In this document: piece by piece, positions 51,625 through 61,549 of the stretch | Position numbering within the stretch: position 1 is the first letter of the stretch | Layout: every line of letters starts with the position of its first letter | NCBI GenBank assembly: GCA_034189385.1 | Contig: JAXHVD010000015.1 | Coordinates: 1-64,000, forward strand | Direction of reading: 5' to 3' | From: Thermodesulfobacteriota bacterium | Lineage (GTDB): Bacteria > Desulfobacterota > Desulfobacteria > Desulfobacterales > C00003060 | DNA: 64,000 nt | Notes under the pieces: generated by a model | What the model was told of the DNA's origin: nothing | The model's database searches: none | The model's input: the letters and a program-made list of their open reading frames with translations, nothing else | Made by a program: the position numbers and the translations under genes

Positions 51625-53360
51625 GTGTCTACCCTTTTCCTTTGCTTTGCTTGAAGTGGCAGCGTGACGGTGAAGCTCGTACCCTTGCCCACCTCGCTTT
51701 TTACTCTCATGTCGCCACCGAGTTCACGAACAAGACCGTAGGTGATGGACAAGCCGAGACCCGTTCCCCCCTTCGTCTTCTTCGTGGAAAAAAAGGGCTC
51801 AAAGATCCGCTTCAGATCCGCCTCCGGAATCCCGCATCCGTCATCATTGACTTCCACCGAAACGGAAACCTCTGACCGTCGATAGGCCTTGATGTCCAGG
51901 TGCCCGCCGTCATTCATGGCTGCGAAGGCATTGTTGACGAGGTTCAGAAAAATCTGCTGCAGCTTCCCCCGATCGCTTTCAATGGTGGGGATTTCATTCC
52001 GGATCGCCACATTCACCTGAATCCCCCTGTACTCAGCCTCCTTGCCGATGAATCCAAGCACTTCCTCAATAAGTTCCTTAAACTTAACGGGCTGGATGTC
52101 CACATCCATATGGCGGGCGAAGCTTAAAAGCCTTCTCGTAACGGCGCCGCAACGCTCCACGGAGGACTGGACCGACTCCACAAGGCCGATGAGCTTCTCG
52201 TCCCCAGCATATTCCTGCTTCAGCGTGAAGGTATCGTGAATGAGCCCGGCCTTTTCGTTGATGATGGCAAGGGGGTTGTTGATCTCATGGGCCACGCCCG
52301 CAGCCAGCCGGCCAATGGATGCCATCCTTTCGGAGTACTCCATATGGTGCAGTGTCACCACCCGTTTCTCGTCCGCATCGTGAATCTTGTTCACCAGATA
52401 GGTGGCCACCCTCAGGATCACGACCAGGACCGCCGTGATGCTAATGACCAGAAACGCGAAAAGCGCTTTTCTGGTCTTGTGCCAGGGCTTCATGAGCAAC
52501 TCCTGGTGCTTGATAATCATCAGGATAAAGGGGGTCTCAGCGATGTAGGCATACCCCACCACAAGGGAGTCGCCACCAAGGCCTTGACACTGAAGGACCT
52601 CCGTTTTCGGCGAATACTCGGGAACGGACAACAACATCTTCTTGAGGACCTTGCCATGCCAGCGGGTCGGAGTTTGGATCGTACCCTGCTGGTTGACTAT
52701 GAAGGCATCGCCGCCGCCGTCCACTTCCAGTCCGGAAAGCAAATCGTTGAATCGTTTGGTGTCCACCGTTGCCCGGAGCACATAAAAGGACCCGTCTTCC
52801 AGCTCATGTCTGACGGCGATGACGAGATGGGGGAGTTGCCGGTATCCCAGGAACACGTCACTGATGTATACACCGCGAGCCAGGACCTCCTCAAACCACT
52901 CCTGGCCGCTGTAATCCTTACCCGTCAACTCAAAGGGCCCCACATAGGTCTGTTGTCTGCCTGAGGCGTCGATCACGCCCAGGTCAGTGAACCCTGTGAA
53001 GGCCTTCTGCAGGGCATCCAGAAGTTGGGTGAGCACCACAGGATCGTTTAGTTCTTTGAAGGGGTGATGATGAACAATGAAATCGAGTGCTGCCTTGCGT
53101 TCCGTGAGAAAGAAAGAGACCGTTCGCCTGGCATTGGACACAAGGCGAGAGGTCCGCAAAACGATTTCCGACTCCATGGCATCGTGGGTCACATTGTAGT
53201 CAAATACGGCCATGGAGATCACGGGAGAAAGGGCGACCACGGTTGTGAGCACCACCGTCAGCTTCCAGATCCGGCGGAAGTTGAACAGGTGCTTGAATCG
53301 CTCCTCCCCAGTATCCCCGTGATCCCAGAAACCTGGTTTTAGTCTTGCCAATATAGACAT
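51621..53360 (-). CDS. Membrane sensor histidine kinase with Cache-like domain
   Basis: Two TMs, AHEINNPL, NLVNNA, DDGCGI, FEPFFSTK, GTGLGL. Confidence 0.95.
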   Translation of the reverse strand: MSILARLKPGFWDHGDTGEERFKHLFNFRRIWKLTVVLTTVVALSPVISMAVFDYNVTHDAMESEIVLRTSRLVSNARRTVSFFLTERKAALDFIVHHHPFKELNDPVVLTQLLDALQKAFTGFTDLGVIDASGRQQTYVGPFELTGKDYSGQEWFEEVLARGVYISDVFLGYRQLPHLVIAVRHELEDGSFYVLRATVDTKRFNDLLSGLEVDGGGDAFIVNQQGTIQTPTRWHGKVLKKMLLSVPEYSPKTEVLQCQGLGGDSLVVGYAYIAETPFILMIIKHQELLMKPWHKTRKALFAFLVISITAVLVVILRVATYLVNKIHDADEKRVVTLHHMEYSERMASIGRLAAGVAHEINNPLAIINEKAGLIHDTFTLKQEYAGDEKLIGLVESVQSSVERCGAVTRRLLSFARHMDVDIQPVKFKELIEEVLGFIGKEAEYRGIQVNVAIRNEIPTIESDRGKLQQIFLNLVNNAFAAMNDGGHLDIKAYRRSEVSVSVEVNDDGCGIPEADLKRIFEPFFSTKKTKGGTGLGLSITYGLVRELGGDMRVKSEVGKGTSFTVTLPLQAKQRKRVDT

Positions 53361-53424
53361 GGTGGACCTGTGCAAAGCCAACCTGGGAGACGTCCGCAAT
53401 CAATAGCGGACCGGTTCTGCCCCG

Positions 53425-54651
53425 TTAGCGCGTGCTCCCCTTTTGCTCCTTAATCTTCTCGTTGGCCCTTCTAAGGGTGTCGCTTAACAAATCAATATCT
53501 ACCGGCTTGTTCAAGTATGCAAAGGCCCCGAGATCCATACACACGTCTCTGTCGGCCTCAGACCCATGGCCGGTGAGGATGATGACCTCGATCTCCGGAC
53601 GGGTCCTTTTCACTTGTCGCAGGACCTCGATGCCGTCTATGCCGGGCATTTTAAGGTCCAGGATCATGACTTCTGGCTCGTCCTCTTTGATCAGGTCGAG
53701 GGCCGATTCGCCGTCGTAAGCCACGGCTGACCCCATGCGGCGCATAATCAGCCTCTCGGACAGGGTTTCGACGAATTCGCGCTCATCATCTACGAGCAAA
53801 ACCTTGGACGGCATTTCAAAATCATACTTCCGATAGATATCTGTCTGGTAATAGTCCTTCCCCACTTTGGCCTCTGCTGATCTGACGCCTTCCACCTTTT
53901 GTGCGATTGACATGAGTTCCTCCTCCAGTCGGTGCAGCATGAGAACCTGTTTGTTGATGGTCAGGGTGACCACGCCGTCCCTGGCGTTTACACTCACGTT
54001 GTGCCCCTCTTTGGCCAGGGCCACTTCAACCTTTGCAGCCAGAAGGACATTATCTACTGCCTTTCTCGACGCCTCAGTCGGTTTCAGCACGTCTTTATCA
54101 ATGTTATCGCAAATAAGCGTGGCTGCCTCCTCAACACTTTTCTTGTGCGTGGGGATCACCATGTCGTAAAGAGACGGGTCCCAGGGGTCCTTGGTCTGAA
54201 AAAGGGTGTTCATCCAGGCGGTGCAGTCCTCGTCCTGCCGGTGGATGAGCTTTGTGGCTTCCTTTTCGGAAAGACCCTGTTGTTCCATGGCCCCAGAGAC
54301 TCTATATTTCATGTCCGCAATGAGGCACACGCGAAGCACGTGGCTCACCTCTTTAGGAATAAGCTGTCCAACAAATCCGGCGATCACGAAATTGTCACCA
54401 GTGAGCCGTTTGGCCAGGGCAAGGCGCAAAGAGGCCACGGAGCGCTCCCGCTCGTGGGTGAACTTGTTGAACACTGACGTCTTGCCTGAGAAGACCCGTT
54501 CTATTTTGCTCTTGTCCATGCCTGAGACCTCCGTCGCCTCAGCCACCAGGTCCTTATCCGTAACCAGTGCGTAGCCGGTTTTCTTTACTACCTCTTGAAT
54601 GACAGTATCTTCCTTGCAGAAGATACCGTTGAATACTGCAATGACAGACAT
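53425..54651 (-). CDS. Cytidylate-kinase-like domain, BON-like domain and C-terminal receiver
   Basis: HVLRVCLIA...R...IHRQD...YDMVI N-terminal pattern; VSVNARDGVVTL; LVDDE...LDLKMPG...NKP. Confidence 0.82.
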   Translation of the reverse strand: MSVIAVFNGIFCKEDTVIQEVVKKTGYALVTDKDLVAEATEVSGMDKSKIERVFSGKTSVFNKFTHERERSVASLRLALAKRLTGDNFVIAGFVGQLIPKEVSHVLRVCLIADMKYRVSGAMEQQGLSEKEATKLIHRQDEDCTAWMNTLFQTKDPWDPSLYDMVIPTHKKSVEEAATLICDNIDKDVLKPTEASRKAVDNVLLAAKVEVALAKEGHNVSVNARDGVVTLTINKQVLMLHRLEEELMSIAQKVEGVRSAEAKVGKDYYQTDIYRKYDFEMPSKVLLVDDEREFVETLSERLIMRRMGSAVAYDGESALDLIKEDEPEVMILDLKMPGIDGIEVLRQVKRTRPEIEVIILTGHGSEADRDVCMDLGAFAYLNKPVDIDLLSDTLRRANEKIKEQKGSTR

Positions 54652-54678
54652 CTTGATCCCCCTTTTCTTGTCAGACGC

Positions 54679-56811
54679 TTACGATAGCTGGCAAACCGTT
54701 GTGAGCGGACAGGTCTTCTCCTCGCCCTCACTGTGTGTGTCTTCGTGAACAGAACAGATGGCCTTTTCCGTGGTGGCATAAATGTGATCCCGTCCGATCC
54801 TCTCCAGAAGGTGCGTACGCTTGAACACCGCCATGACAGATTCATTCACGCCGCTCAACGAGATATCCACCCCCGCGGCCCGGCATCTGTCTATAATCAG
54901 GGACAAGGCCTCTTCTCCTGAGGCGTCCATGTCATTGATACCGTTAAAAACAATCAGGATATGCTTCAAATCCTTTATCCTCTGCATTCTCTCAGTGATC
55001 TGGTCTTCCAAAAAACTTGCATTGGCAAAGAACAGCGGGCCGTCAAAGCGAACCACGGCTATATGATCGCACTCTTTGAGGCCAAAGGCGATGGCGTCGC
55101 GCAGAGATTCATCTTCGTGTCTCGACAACGAGGCAACGGTGGGGCGCATGCTCTTGTAAAGGAATACAAGGAGCGACAGGCCCACGCCGATCTCAATCCC
55201 TTTTTCCAGATGGGGCGCAAAGGCCAGGGTACAGACAAAAGAGAGAATGGATATGGCCCCGTCATACCATTGGGCCTTCCAGGCATGGATGAACCCTGAG
55301 GCATTCACAAGGCCAATGACGGCCATCATGATCACGGCGGCCAACACGGCCTGGGGAAGGTGGTACAAGAGGGGCGTGAACAATAGAAGAACGATGACTA
55401 CCATCAGCGTGGTGATCACACTGGACATTCCTGAGATGGCTCCTGCTTGAAGGTTCACCGCAGACCTGGAGAAAGAACCTGACGTCGGATAGCTTCGGCC
55501 AAAAGAGCCGCATATATTGGCCAAGCCCTGCCCGATGAGTTCCTGGTTGGGATCCAGGCGCTGACCGGTCTTCGCGGCCATGGCCTTGGCAATGGCGATG
55601 GCCTCCATAAACCCAAGAAGCGAGATGATGGCCGCAAAGGGAAAGAGGTGCAAAAAAACCTTGCCGTCGATTTCTGGGATGGACAGAGAAGGCACGCCCC
55701 TGGGGATGACGCCCACCACGGCGCCGCCGCCCATCATGAGCAGATTCTCTTCTTTCAGCGGTTTGTTACCCACCTTAATCCGCCAGGTGCGCCCGTCACC
55801 TTTGATCCCAGCAGGGAGCTCATCCTTAAGGCAAAACCTCACAGATCCCCCTTCTTGTTCTATGCCCTCAAACAAGAAATGTCTGATTTGCTCGCGATAG
55901 AGATGGGCTTGGTGTTTTAGCCTCTCAATCTTGATCCTGAGAACACTTGCGTCGTGCTCGGCGTCTAGGACACCAATGGTGTCGTGGGCATTCTTGGCCT
56001 TGTCCAGCACTTCGCTCACATTGGACCGCTCTTGGGCAACGGGCTCCAGGGTCGTGACCGTTCTGTTGAATTCCCTGATAAGACTTCGGCACTCTGCCGA
56101 CTCAATGGCCGATATGTCAACGACGGCGTTGTGCTCAAACCCCACGGCCCAAGAGATCACCGTGGTCACCACCACGGCGATAAGCACCCCGGGTATTTTC
56201 GGCGAGATGCGTTTCAACCCATACATGATGGCGAAAGCGAGCACACCCATGAAGAGTGTGGGCCAATGGGTGTAATGACCGGCGGCCTTGCAGACCTCGA
56301 TGATCGTTTGATAGTGATGGGAGGCCTTGTCCACGTATACGCCGAACATCTTAGACAGCTGGGACGACGCGATAATGATAGCCGCCGCGTTGGTAAAGCC
56401 GTTCACCACGGGATGGGAGAGGAAGTTGACCACAAGGCCCAGCCTCAACACCCCCAGCACCAACTGGAACCCGCCCACCATCAGGGCCAGGAGGATAGCG
56501 TAGGCAACATACCCCTCGCTGCCTGCCGTAGCCAGCGGCTCAAGGGAGGCTGCCGTCATTAGGGAGACGACGGCCACAGGGCCCGTGGCCAGCTGACGGC
56601 TTGAGCCGAAGAGCGAGGCAATCATGGGAGGAAGAAAGGAGGCGTACAGGCCGTAGTACGGGGGCAGGCCTGCCAACTGGGCGTAGGCCATAGACTGAGG
56701 AATGAGCACCAGTGCCACCGTCAAGCCGGAAATAGCGTCGATTTTAAGGCTGTCGAGGCTGTAATTCCTAAACCAATTCAGAAATGGAAAGAACCTAGTT
56801 AGCATCAGCAA
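54679..56811 (-). CDS. sulP: SulP/SLC26 anion transporter with STAS domain
   Basis: PQSMAYA, GSSRQLATGP, NQELIGQG, GSFSRSAVN, GPLFFANA, DASG. Confidence 0.95.
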   Translation of the reverse strand: MLMLTRFFPFLNWFRNYSLDSLKIDAISGLTVALVLIPQSMAYAQLAGLPPYYGLYASFLPPMIASLFGSSRQLATGPVAVVSLMTAASLEPLATAGSEGYVAYAILLALMVGGFQLVLGVLRLGLVVNFLSHPVVNGFTNAAAIIIASSQLSKMFGVYVDKASHHYQTIIEVCKAAGHYTHWPTLFMGVLAFAIMYGLKRISPKIPGVLIAVVVTTVISWAVGFEHNAVVDISAIESAECRSLIREFNRTVTTLEPVAQERSNVSEVLDKAKNAHDTIGVLDAEHDASVLRIKIERLKHQAHLYREQIRHFLFEGIEQEGGSVRFCLKDELPAGIKGDGRTWRIKVGNKPLKEENLLMMGGGAVVGVIPRGVPSLSIPEIDGKVFLHLFPFAAIISLLGFMEAIAIAKAMAAKTGQRLDPNQELIGQGLANICGSFGRSYPTSGSFSRSAVNLQAGAISGMSSVITTLMVVIVLLLFTPLLYHLPQAVLAAVIMMAVIGLVNASGFIHAWKAQWYDGAISILSFVCTLAFAPHLEKGIEIGVGLSLLVFLYKSMRPTVASLSRHEDESLRDAIAFGLKECDHIAVVRFDGPLFFANASFLEDQITERMQRIKDLKHILIVFNGINDMDASGEEALSLIIDRCRAAGVDISLSGVNESVMAVFKRTHLLERIGRDHIYATTEKAICSVHEDTHSEGEEKTCPLTTVCQLS

Positions 56812-56820
56812 TACCTCTTT

Positions 56821-57450
56821 CTAAAGTTTTCTTTGTTCCAGCATCCTGCGGCACGAGTCCATGAGCTCCCGATAAAGGCCGGCTGCCTCGTAGAGGTTGT
56901 ACGTATCAAACCGCACCAGGGCATCCACCATGCTGAAAATAATCAGTGCTGCCTTTCTGGCGGCCATCTCTCGTATGGATCCGTCCCTTTGCCCAAGCAC
57001 CACACCGTGCTCAAAAATCTCGAGCAGGCAGTCATAGATGGCCTCAAGGTGTTTTCTGCAGGTAGGGTTGCTCTTGGCAAGCTCGTAGGCATCATGGCGG
57101 TGCAAGAGAAGAAACCGATTCTCCATGGCCGCCCCTAACTGGATATAGAAGGTCATGGCCCCCTCTATCATGTCCAGGCCACTATCGAATCTTGTCTCTT
57201 CCAGATATCCGTGAAACTCCCTGATGATGTCCTCTTTAACCTTCTCAAGAACGGTGAGGAAGAGCTCTTCTTTGTTCTTAAAATGGTAGAAGATGGTGCC
57301 TTCGGCCGCACCGGTCACCTTGGACAGTTCCGCCATGGAGGTATCCTTGAACCCCTTTTCAGCAAAGAGGATGGTGGCCGCTCGAATAATCGCCTCTTTC
57401 CTGGAGATCCCCCCCTGGGGTCGTCTATTTCTCATAGGATTGCCAAACAT
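56821..57450 (-). CDS. TetR/AcrR family regulator
   Basis: LFAEKGF...GTIFYHFKNKEEL HTH. Confidence 0.94.
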   Translation of the reverse strand: MFGNPMRNRRPQGGISRKEAIIRAATILFAEKGFKDTSMAELSKVTGAAEGTIFYHFKNKEELFLTVLEKVKEDIIREFHGYLEETRFDSGLDMIEGAMTFYIQLGAAMENRFLLLHRHDAYELAKSNPTCRKHLEAIYDCLLEIFEHGVVLGQRDGSIREMAARKAALIIFSMVDALVRFDTYNLYEAAGLYRELMDSCRRMLEQRKL

Positions 57451-57505
57451 GCCATTTGGTCACGGGAAAAGCCCCCTGCCGGCCAACACCCTTTGGGCAA
57501 AAACC

Positions 57506-57558
57506 GACTGAGCGCTCAGTCTAAATAACACAGTACACACTCCACTTCACTGCGTCAA
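57506..57558 (-). promoter_or_regulatory. Sigma70 promoter of the tetR-sulP operon with a perfect 16-bp operator palindrome
   Basis: Minus strand TTGACG-N17-TACTGT (TG-extended), then GACTGAGCGCTCAGTC (57506-57521) near +1. Confidence 0.75.
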
Positions 57559-57795
57559 GCAAAAAATCGCACAGAGGACAAAAAAACTTAATACTGATTT
57601 ATATCATTTGCTTATCTACTATGAGATGGCTCCCTGACCCTCTTTTCGCTGGGAATGCGGCCTCAGACACCGCCCATGGACATGAGAAAAAACAGGTGAG
57701 TGGACCTCTTCCCCCTTGCCCCTCATTCAGAGGGGCCAAAGGCAAGCGGTCCATACAGCAGACAGAGGAAACCCAACACCTAATCAGAGCGGCCC

Positions 57796-58644
57796 TCACA
57801 ATCTCGCACTGGTTAGCCTTTCAATCCTCTTTTCCACTGGCGGGTGGGTGCTGAACAGGTTCATGAGGCTCTTTCCGGACAAGGGGTTCATGATAAACAT
57901 GTGGGCCGTGGCAGGCTCTGCCTGCATCGGCACACGCCTGGAAGAGGAAGCAATCTTTTTCAGCGCACTGGCAAGGCTCCTGGGGCTTCCAGAAAAGGAC
58001 GCGCCCGCGGCATCGGCCGCATATTCCCTGGATCTGGAAATGGCCATTTGGATCAACATGGCGGCCATGGGCGCGAGGATCGACATGGCAATCAGGCCAA
58101 TGGCCCCACCACCATCATCATCGTCCCGGCTGCCAAAGCCACCAAAAAGGGCAGCCCATCTGGCCATGCTCGCCACCATCATGATGGCGCCGGCCAGGGT
58201 CGCTGCAATGGAACCGATTAGGATATCTCTATGCTTCACATGGGCCAATTCATGGGCCAGCACACCCTTTAGCTCATTTTCGTCTAGGAGTCTCAAGATC
58301 CCCTGAGTGACAGCCACCACGGCATGCTCAGGATTGCGGCCCGTGGCAAAGGCGTTGGGCGATTCAGAGGGCATGATACAGATCTTGGGCATGGGAAGGC
58401 CAGCCTGCAGGGCTAGCTGTTTCACCATGCGATGAAGATCTGGGGCCTCGGCCTCAGACACCGGTCTGGCCCGGTACATCTTTAAGACCATCTTGTCCGA
58501 AAACCAGTAGGCGCCAAAATTCATCATCATGGCAAAGACGAATGCGATGACCATCCCCTGGTTCCCACCCAGGTACCGGCCTATGAACATCACCAGGCCC
58601 GTGAGAGCCCCCAGAAGAAGCGCTGTCTTTATGGTGTTACCCAT
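57796..58644 (-). CDS. htpX: Zinc metalloprotease HtpX
   Basis: [30 protein letters not shown]. Confidence 0.96.
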   Translation of the reverse strand: MGNTIKTALLLGALTGLVMFIGRYLGGNQGMVIAFVFAMMMNFGAYWFSDKMVLKMYRARPVSEAEAPDLHRMVKQLALQAGLPMPKICIMPSESPNAFATGRNPEHAVVAVTQGILRLLDENELKGVLAHELAHVKHRDILIGSIAATLAGAIMMVASMARWAALFGGFGSRDDDDGGGAIGLIAMSILAPMAAMLIQMAISRSREYAADAAGASFSGSPRSLASALKKIASSSRRVPMQAEPATAHMFIMNPLSGKSLMNLFSTHPPVEKRIERLTSARL

Positions 58645-58879
58645 TTGATCCTCCTATGGCCCACGGCCCGGTCAGTTGTCCACTGGACAACAGGGGCACC
58701 GCAGGCAGACCCAGTTATTGAAATCGCTATGCCCGGCCATTGACCGTGGGCGTATTCTATCCTACAAGTTAAAAATTAATCACCAAGCCAAGGGGTGTCA
58801 ACGCGCTCTTTTGCCTTTTATCGACCTCGTTTTTTTCAGAGTTTTTTCTTGACGGCTCCGCCATTTAGTTATCTAAGCT

Positions 58880-59022
58880 AGTTTCCATCCATAAACGGCC
58901 CTTTTCCGCAATCTCGGCGTCAGTCTGCGAGATTGCTTGTGCGACGTACCTCGGTACGCCTCCGCGCAATCCCTTGATTTTCTTGACCTTGCGAAAAATT
59001 GCTTGTTTCTGAATTGGAAACT
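58880..59022. repeat. ~143-bp palindromic MITE/REP-like element
   Basis: Terminal AGTTTCCA/TGGAAACT extending as ~35-bp imperfect IRs; internal GATTGC...GCAATC and CGTACC/GGTACG stems. Confidence 0.7.
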
Positions 59023-59108
59023 GACACGAGTGCCCACCTCCTTTTTGGGCATTTGCCGATGGACACAAGCTAAAGGACCAATACGCAATTAGACTCCGTC
59101 CATAATCC

Positions 59109-59819
59109 ATGCACCTCACCATTAACCAAGTGGCGACATTACTGAACTTACCGGCGAGCACGGTGCAGCGCTGGATCCGTCAGGGCAATATACCCGTATA
59201 TAGGCACGAGGGGAAATATCTCTTCCTGGAGAAGGAGTTGGTGAAGTGGGCCCAGGCCCAAGGCATTACTTTTGCGTCCAAGTCAGAAAAAGCCGCCGGC
59301 CCTGAACCGGTCCCAGACCATAGCCTTGTCTCGGCCATGAAGAGGGGAGGGGTCTTGGAGGGGGTCAGAGGCGACGATACCTCCACGGTCCTAAAGGCTC
59401 TCGTTGAGACGGCACCTTTAGCACCGTCCATTGACCGCGAGGAGTTGTTTCTCAGGCTCCTTGAGCGAGAAGACCTTTCAACCACTGGAATCGGCCGAGG
59501 GGTGGCTATTCCCCACCCGCGGTCCCCATTACCCCATGCACCGGCAGAACCGAGCATCACCACGTGCTTTTTAGAACACCCCATGGACTACAATGCCATC
59601 GACGACAGTCCCGTGTTTGTCCTGTTCTTGATGTTGAGTCCATCACCGAAGATTCACCTCAGGCTCCTGGCCAGGTTAAGCTATGCGCTCCGAGACAAGG
59701 CCTTCATAGATTTTTTGAGAGGCTCACCGCCTGAGGGCCCTCTCCTTTCAAGGGTGGCAGAGATCGAAACCAACATAGACAACGTCCGTCACCTTTCTGA
59801 GTTGCACCATGGCTCTTAA
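59109..59819 (+). CDS. PTS EIIA (PtsN-like) protein with N-terminal excisionase-type HTH
   Basis: LTINQVA...TVQRWIRQGNIP HTH; EREDLSTTGIGRGVAIPHPR phospho-His motif. Confidence 0.9.
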   Translation: MHLTINQVATLLNLPASTVQRWIRQGNIPVYRHEGKYLFLEKELVKWAQAQGITFASKSEKAAGPEPVPDHSLVSAMKRGGVLEGVRGDDTSTVLKALVETAPLAPSIDREELFLRLLEREDLSTTGIGRGVAIPHPRSPLPHAPAEPSITTCFLEHPMDYNAIDDSPVFVLFLMLSPSPKIHLRLLARLSYALRDKAFIDFLRGSPPEGPLLSRVAEIETNIDNVRHLSELHHGS

Positions 59820-61539
59820 CGTGAAGGTCCCCTCCCTGCGCCTTGCCCTTTTGCGCGCCATCTGGCGCATAGACGAGCGCCTCCTCTTGATCGTCTTTGC
59901 TGCTATCGTTGGAACAGGCGCGGGCCTTGCCGCCGTCATTTTGAATCAACTGCTCTTTCATATACATGAGGCGTTGAAACCCCTTCGTTTCCACTGGTAT
60001 GCCTTCATCCTCCCGGCATGTGGCGCCGGATTGTCTGCCCTGTTTCTAGGCCATGTGATGAAAGAAGGGGCGGGCCATGGCGTGCCTGAAGTCATATACA
60101 GTGTCTGTAAAAGAGGCGGCCTCCTGCGTTTGCGTTCCAGTTTTTCTCGCCTTATCTCAAGTGCACTCACTATTGCCAGCGGAGGTTCTGCCGGGCCTGA
60201 GGCTCCAGTTGTTATGAGTGGAGCCTCTATTGGCTCAAACATTGCCAGGGCCTTTTCATTGAATGATCGCCAGAGGACGACCATGGTCGGCTGTGGGGCC
60301 GCCAGCGCCATTTCCGCAATCTTCAACGCCCCCATAGCCGGTATTATATTCTCCGTAGAAGTCATACTGGGGGAATGGACCCCTATTAATCTTATCCCCA
60401 TTGGCATTGCATCAGTCGTTGGCACGGAGGTCAGTCGCCTTCTCCAAGGAAACCTCATCCCTTTTAGCCATCGCCAGTTTCACGCCTCTCTTTTGGACAT
60501 ACTGGCATCTGTGGGCATTGCGGTGTTGGCAGGGCTCAGCTCCGTGCTTTTCACCCGCCTCCTAAACGGCACCATACGCAAATCCCATGAGCTGGCAAGT
60601 CCCGATTGGCTCCGGGCCGCCCTTGGTGGGGCCTCTGTAGGCCTTTTGGGCTTGGCCTTTCCTTCTGTTTTGGGAAAGGGCTACGATGTGGTGAGCACCA
60701 TCATAGAGAATCATTATCAATCGGGCCTGGTGCTCGTAGCCCTTGCAACACTGGCTAAGATTGTGGCAACCTCCCTCACCATCGGAACAGGGGGCTCAGG
60801 CGGCATCTTCGCGCCCTGTCTCGTCATCGGCAGTCTGGGAGGGCTTGCCTATCAGCGTGGCCTTGTTGCTTGTTGGCCTGCTGTCCCCTGGGCAGAAGAA
60901 GGATTCTTTGCCATGCTGGGAATGGCAGGCGTCATGAGTGGCACCTTGCAGGCACCACTGACCGGGATTTTTCTCATCGTAGAGGTTACGGGCAGTTATG
61001 AAGTGGTGTTGCCTCTTATCCTGGTCTCTTTTGTGTCTGCAACCCTCTGCCACCATTTACAGCCGGTGTCGTTCTATTATGGAGAACTCGTAAGCCAGGG
61101 CCATCTGCTTCGGCCCAGAACAGATGCCCGCCTGCTGGCCGACCTAAACATCCTGGAGCTAATAGAAAAGGACTGCATCGTCATCCATGAAAATATGCGG
61201 CTGAGAGACATGATCCCCATTATAGAACAAGCCTCACGGGACTGTTTTCCCGTGGAAGACTCAAAGACAGGAGATTTCCTCGGTCTGATCCACCTCAACG
61301 ACATTCGGCCCTATCTTTTCAATCCCGGTCTTCACGACGCTGTGATTATGGGTGAGATCATGGATGTAAACGTACCGCGAGTAGCGCCCTTTGACCACAT
61401 GAAAGACGTCCTGCAGCTTATGGATGAGACCCACTCATGGAGCCTCCCTGTAGTGCGCAGAGATAAGTTCATGGGCATGGTCTCCAAAGGGACTATCCTA
61501 GATCGATACCGCAAGGAGCTGATCGTACAAACCCATTAG
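59809..61539 (+). CDS. ClC chloride channel/antiporter with CBS pair
   Basis: GHGVPE, GSAGPEAP, FNAPIAG, GGIFAP; C-terminal CBS domains. Confidence 0.93.
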   Translation: MALNVKVPSLRLALLRAIWRIDERLLLIVFAAIVGTGAGLAAVILNQLLFHIHEALKPLRFHWYAFILPACGAGLSALFLGHVMKEGAGHGVPEVIYSVCKRGGLLRLRSSFSRLISSALTIASGGSAGPEAPVVMSGASIGSNIARAFSLNDRQRTTMVGCGAASAISAIFNAPIAGIIFSVEVILGEWTPINLIPIGIASVVGTEVSRLLQGNLIPFSHRQFHASLLDILASVGIAVLAGLSSVLFTRLLNGTIRKSHELASPDWLRAALGGASVGLLGLAFPSVLGKGYDVVSTIIENHYQSGLVLVALATLAKIVATSLTIGTGGSGGIFAPCLVIGSLGGLAYQRGLVACWPAVPWAEEGFFAMLGMAGVMSGTLQAPLTGIFLIVEVTGSYEVVLPLILVSFVSATLCHHLQPVSFYYGELVSQGHLLRPRTDARLLADLNILELIEKDCIVIHENMRLRDMIPIIEQASRDCFPVEDSKTGDFLGLIHLNDIRPYLFNPGLHDAVIMGEIMDVNVPRVAPFDHMKDVLQLMDETHSWSLPVVRRDKFMGMVSKGTILDRYRKELIVQTH

Positions 61540-61549
61540 GAGGCACAGC

